This document shows positions 17,002-20,000 of a DNA stretch of 20,000 bases, piece after piece. Position 1 is the first letter of the stretch. Every line of letters starts with the position of its first letter. This DNA comes from a bacterium (GTDB taxonomy: Bacteria; J088; JAWLBW01). The translations under genes and the position numbers were made by a program. The notes beneath the pieces were generated by a model, which did not search any database, was not told the origin of the DNA, and saw nothing but the letters and a program-made list of their open reading frames with translations. Where the stretch lies: positions 54,660 through 74,659 of the forward strand of contig JAWLHK010000024.1 in assembly GCA_041690355.1 (NCBI GenBank), written 5' to 3'.

Positions 17002-17048
17002 TTGACTTCCGAACACTGTTCGGTACAATGTTCCCGAACAGTGTTCGG
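17002..17048 (+). promoter_or_regulatory. Promoter with two 15-bp TetR operator palindromes
   Basis: TTGACT-N16-TACAAT. CCGAACACTGTTCGG (17009-17023) lies in the spacer and CCGAACAGTGTTCGG (17034-17048) over the predicted TSS, followed by SD GGAGG. Confidence 0.85.
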
Positions 17049-17056
17049 AGGATCGG

Positions 17057-17626
17057 ATGGATCGGGATTCCAGGCAGCGCATTCTCGAGGCAGCGAAGGA
17101 ATTGGTGAAGAGCCAGGGGTACGAGCGAACGTCTCTGCGGGCGATCGCTCGCGAAGCGGGTTTCAGCCCGGCGAGCCTCTACGAATATTTTGACGGACGA
17201 GACGCCGTGCTCGACGCGCTGGCCGATGACGTGCGTGACGCCCTCGCCCGGCACATGCGGCGGGCCCTGAAACAGCGCCCTCCCCTTGTTGCCCTCGTTC
17301 ATCTGGCGCTTGCGTATATCGACTTCGCGCAACGGCGGCCCACCGACTTCGAGCTGCTCTTTCAACACGCCCGTTCGCGCAAGCGCTCGCCCGGCGAACC
17401 TCCCGCCGGCCCGTTTGCGCTCGTCGTCGCGCAGGTTCAAGCCGCCGTCGCCGAAGAGCAGTCGCCCGAGAAGGATCCGCAGACACTTGCCCTTGGCCTG
17501 TGGGCCTTCGCGCATGGTCTGGCGACCTTGCGTATCGGACACCTCGCCGAGCTGGACGTCGATTACACGGCGACGGCGAAGAAGTTACTCGAAACCTACC
17601 TTCAGGGTTGGAGCGCATGCCGATGA
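17057..17626 (+). CDS. TetR/AcrR family regulator (WHG-type C-terminal domain)
   Basis: RQRILEAAKELV..QGYERTSLRAIAREAGFSPASLYEYF, AYIDFA...P..FELLF and LWAFAHGLATL. Confidence 0.93.
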   Translation: MDRDSRQRILEAAKELVKSQGYERTSLRAIAREAGFSPASLYEYFDGRDAVLDALADDVRDALARHMRRALKQRPPLVALVHLALAYIDFAQRRPTDFELLFQHARSRKRSPGEPPAGPFALVVAQVQAAVAEEQSPEKDPQTLALGLWAFAHGLATLRIGHLAELDVDYTATAKKLLETYLQGWSACR

Positions 17627-18735
17627 GACTCGTCGCCTTTCTCGCGCTCCTCACAGGATGCTCGCACACCCGCCTGGAGCACGTGGCGCCCGAAACCTTC
17701 GAGGCCCGTGCCCGGGGCGCATCCGGGGCCACCCCCGGACTCAGCGTTGCCGCCGCTCATGTCAACGGTGAACGATACGGTTGGAGCTTCGGGGTTCGCT
17801 CTGCCTCGCAGAAACACACTGTCGACGCCGGAACTCCTTTCCTCTGGTTCTCGGTTACCAAGCTGTTCACCAGCGCAGCCATGCTGCACCTGGCCGAGGC
17901 CGAGGAGATAGACCTCGACTCGCCGGTGGCAGACCATCTGCCATGGTTCCAGCCCAGGCCCGCCCCGGCGCGGCCGGTGACCATCCGCCATCTGCTCAAC
18001 CACACCTCAGGTCTTGCCAATCCGCTGCCGCTGCGGTGGATTCACGCCGCCGACGAGCCAGGCCCCACGCTGGAGCCGTGGACCCGAGAGCTGTTCGAGG
18101 AGCACCCGCGGCTTTCGTGCACGCCGGGAGAAAAGTACGCCTATTCGAACCTCGGTTATCTACTGATCGGTGTGCTCATCCAGAAAGTTTCCGGCGTTCC
18201 GTTCGAGACGTACGTCGAGAGACACCTCCTGACCCCCTTGGGGATGCAGCTCACCGGATTCAGACACACGCCCCTTACCGCGGCCGGACACACGTCGCGC
18301 TTCTCCGCGATCGGACTGGCGGAACCGTTTCTGGTGCAGAAGTGGGCGCGGGGCGAAGTCACGAACGGCTATGCCGAACTGAAGCCCTTTCTCGTCGACG
18401 GGGCTCCCTATGGCGGCCTGGCGGGGACGGCAGACGATCTGCTGAGCTTCGGTCTTGCGTTTCTGGGCGACGCACGCTATCCGCTGCTGTCCAAAGCGGC
18501 CCGCGCGGCGGCTCTCGAGGAACAGCGAAATTCCGCGGGAAAGCCGATCCGCATGGGGCTCGGCTGGCACCTCGATGAAGCCGATGGGGTGCCCTATGCC
18601 TATCATGTTGGCGGTGGCGCGGGATACAAGGCCGAACTGCGGATCTACCCGACGCTGGGGTATGCCGTCGCAGTCGTCGCGAACGAAACCAGTTTCTCCA
18701 CGGACGAGATCACGTCGCTCATCCTGCAGCCGTGA
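17623..18735 (+). CDS. Serine hydrolase, beta-lactamase/AmpC family, predicted lipoprotein
   Basis: Lipobox LTG-C, FSVTK (SxxK), LLNHTSGL, YAYSNLGY (YxN) and HVGG. ATGA overlap with the TetR stop. Confidence 0.92.
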   Translation: MRLVAFLALLTGCSHTRLEHVAPETFEARARGASGATPGLSVAAAHVNGERYGWSFGVRSASQKHTVDAGTPFLWFSVTKLFTSAAMLHLAEAEEIDLDSPVADHLPWFQPRPAPARPVTIRHLLNHTSGLANPLPLRWIHAADEPGPTLEPWTRELFEEHPRLSCTPGEKYAYSNLGYLLIGVLIQKVSGVPFETYVERHLLTPLGMQLTGFRHTPLTAAGHTSRFSAIGLAEPFLVQKWARGEVTNGYAELKPFLVDGAPYGGLAGTADDLLSFGLAFLGDARYPLLSKAARAAALEEQRNSAGKPIRMGLGWHLDEADGVPYAYHVGGGAGYKAELRIYPTLGYAVAVVANETSFSTDEITSLILQP

Positions 18736-18772
18736 ATGGCGCCAGGGCAACGCCAGGCCCTTGCCGCCTCAA

Positions 18773-18806
18773 GAATCAGGAATCAGGAATCAGGAATCAG
18801 GAATCA
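18773..18806 (+). repeat. Perfect (GAATCAG)n tandem repeat, ~4.9 units
   Basis: GAATCAG x4 + GAATCA. Confidence 0.9.
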
Positions 18807-18835
18807 CTCGTGTCCAAAATAGGTTCAGCGGGTGA

Positions 18836-19035
18836 CCGTTCGGCCTGAGAAGCCGGACCTTGGGAATCGAGATTCGATTTGGCTGCATGGTCTCGCGAGG
18901 GCGACGTCGCCGGCGTCTCGAAGGCCCAGCACCGCATGAACAGCGTGATCAGGAGCTTGAAGACCGAGATTGACCTATGTCTTCGAGCAAGGTCGCGCAG
19001 ACGCTCTGGCCCCTCGACCAGCTCGGGGCGAACGG
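18836..19035. repeat. REP/MITE-like element related to 8101-8232
   Basis: Left end CCGTTCGGCCTGAG; the right end CTCGGGGCGAACGG reverse-complements to CCGTTCGCCCCGAG (12/14). The right part CCCTCGACCAGCTCGGGGCGAACGG resembles the widespread CCCTTCGACAAGCTCAGGRCGAACGG intergenic repeat. Confidence 0.55.
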
Positions 19036-19150
19036 ATATCCGCAAGATAATGGAGGGGCCAACCTGCTTCATGGAAGGGACGAGTCCGACAGCGAACCCG
19101 GCGGAATCTCACGGTTTCAGTTTGCCGTCGGTACGCTTCTTGGACTGCAG

Positions 19151-19170
19151 TGATCAGGAATCAGGAATGA
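19151..19170 (+). repeat. Short GAATCAG array overlapping the stop codon of the 19161-19808 gene
   Basis: TGATCAG-GAATCAG-GAATGA; the TCA at 19161-19163 is the gene's TGA stop. Confidence 0.55.
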
Positions 19171-19808
19171 CTCCCGCTCGCGACCATCCCCGCGATTTCC
19201 TGGATGAGCTCCTCGGCCTCTTCGCGCTTGCCGAGACCGGCGGGGAGCCGCTCGAGCACCTTCCAGATCCGCTGCCCGAGCCGGACCGTGTCGCGCAGGC
19301 GCTCCGCGCGCTCCGTCGGGGCCAGCGGCGTGCGCGCCAATAGCGACCGCAAGGCGTGCGGAACCTCCTTCAGGTCGCTCACGGGCGCGACCGGGGAGAG
19401 CCCGGTGATCATCGAGTTGTCGCGGCCGTGGAAGACCGAGCGGCGGTCGTTCTTGTAGAGCAGCACCGGCCTTCCCACGCTGAAGGCCACGGCCGCCTCG
19501 GCCACGCCCCCTTCGTCGGGAACGCGCCCGTTCATGTTGAAGACGAACCCCGCGCAGCGCTCGACGATCTGGAAGATATCGAGCGCGAAGATCGCCTGGT
19601 CGATCCGCTCGCGCATGCCGAACAGGTTCGTGCTGAGCGGCGAATCCACAAAACGCATGACGTAGGCTTCGATGCCGTCACGCTGCGGAAGGAACGTGCC
19701 GAATCCATCGGCCTCGAGCACGCGGGCCAGGGCCGACATGCCGCCGAGTTCTTCTGGGGAAAAGAGGGGACCGGAGCAGTAAATGTGCACGTGAGTTTCC
19801 GTGTTCAA
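19161..19808 (-). CDS. Nucleoside 2-deoxyribosyltransferase / nucleotide N-hydrolase family protein
   Basis: HIYCSGPLFSPEE, FLPQRDG, IFALDI, NGRVPDEGGVAEAA (catalytic Glu), GRPVLLYKNDRR and NSMI. The TTG start is uncertain. Confidence 0.85.
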   Translation of the reverse strand: MNTETHVHIYCSGPLFSPEELGGMSALARVLEADGFGTFLPQRDGIEAYVMRFVDSPLSTNLFGMRERIDQAIFALDIFQIVERCAGFVFNMNGRVPDEGGVAEAAVAFSVGRPVLLYKNDRRSVFHGRDNSMITGLSPVAPVSDLKEVPHALRSLLARTPLAPTERAERLRDTVRLGQRIWKVLERLPAGLGKREEAEELIQEIAGMVASGSHS

Positions 19809-20000
19809 TTTTCAGGTTTGCATTTTGCGTTCCCAGCGCCCAGCCACCAGCTACGCGGGCAAAAGACCGGACATCCCACGCGGAGGCGCGGAGCCTCGGA
19901 GAGGAAAGGACCGGAACGCGCGTTTTTTTTATGAGTCGTGACAACCGTGGGCCCACGTTCGAAAGAGGAGTGCGTCCTTGCCGTGTACTTGCTTCTCTCC

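Noticed and set aside
721..19170. Heptamer arrays as possible CRISPR repeats
   Set aside because: They are 7-bp tandem units without unique spacers, and there are no cas genes.
18797..19343. Short ORFs 18797-19072 (-) and 18879-19343 (+)
   Set aside because: Their peptides (SVRPELVEG / PSTSSGRT, QESG) are translations of the intergenic repeats, and there is no protein motif.
19809..19823. In-frame ATG-CAA-ACC-TGA-AAA directly upstream of the TTG start of the NDT gene (possible readthrough, selenocysteine or nonsense mutation)
   Set aside because: No SD, no evident SECIS-like hairpin, and the position lies outside the conserved domain; most likely chance.

Overview
High-GC bacterial window. 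The gene content (PEGA/beta-barrel protein, DUF1573, TlpA, a giant lipoprotein, lipid hydrolases) suggests a Myxococcota/deltaproteobacteria-like diderm; this is inference only. I call 18 coding regions. In order: a partial DUF2254 gene, DUF378, a class C beta-lactamase-family serine hydrolase, and a minus-strand run of five exported proteins (CsgG/TolB_N-like + PEGA + beta-barrel protein, a shorter paralogue with an internal deletion, an LPP20-like lipoprotein, a TlpA-like thioredoxin, DUF1573). These are followed by an acyltransferase, a TetR/alpha-beta hydrolase divergon, an orphan VapB-like antitoxin, DinB, a ~1370-aa lipoprotein with 14 propeller-like repeats, a small ORF divergent from a MocR/GabR regulator, a TetR-serine hydrolase operon and a nucleoside deoxyribosyltransferase-family gene. 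No rRNA, tRNA, CRISPR array, transposase or integrase was seen. The most interesting non-coding signals are heptamer arrays that start exactly at stop codons in the sense orientation, two REP/MITE-like elements with related terminal inverted repeats, tandem TetR operator palindromes, and a structured U8-ending leader in front of the LPP20-TlpA-DUF1573 operon. The best candidate for an undescribed system is the envelope cluster at 2047-7075, but its support is only gene context and motifs. Family names come from motif recognition by eye, not database searches.
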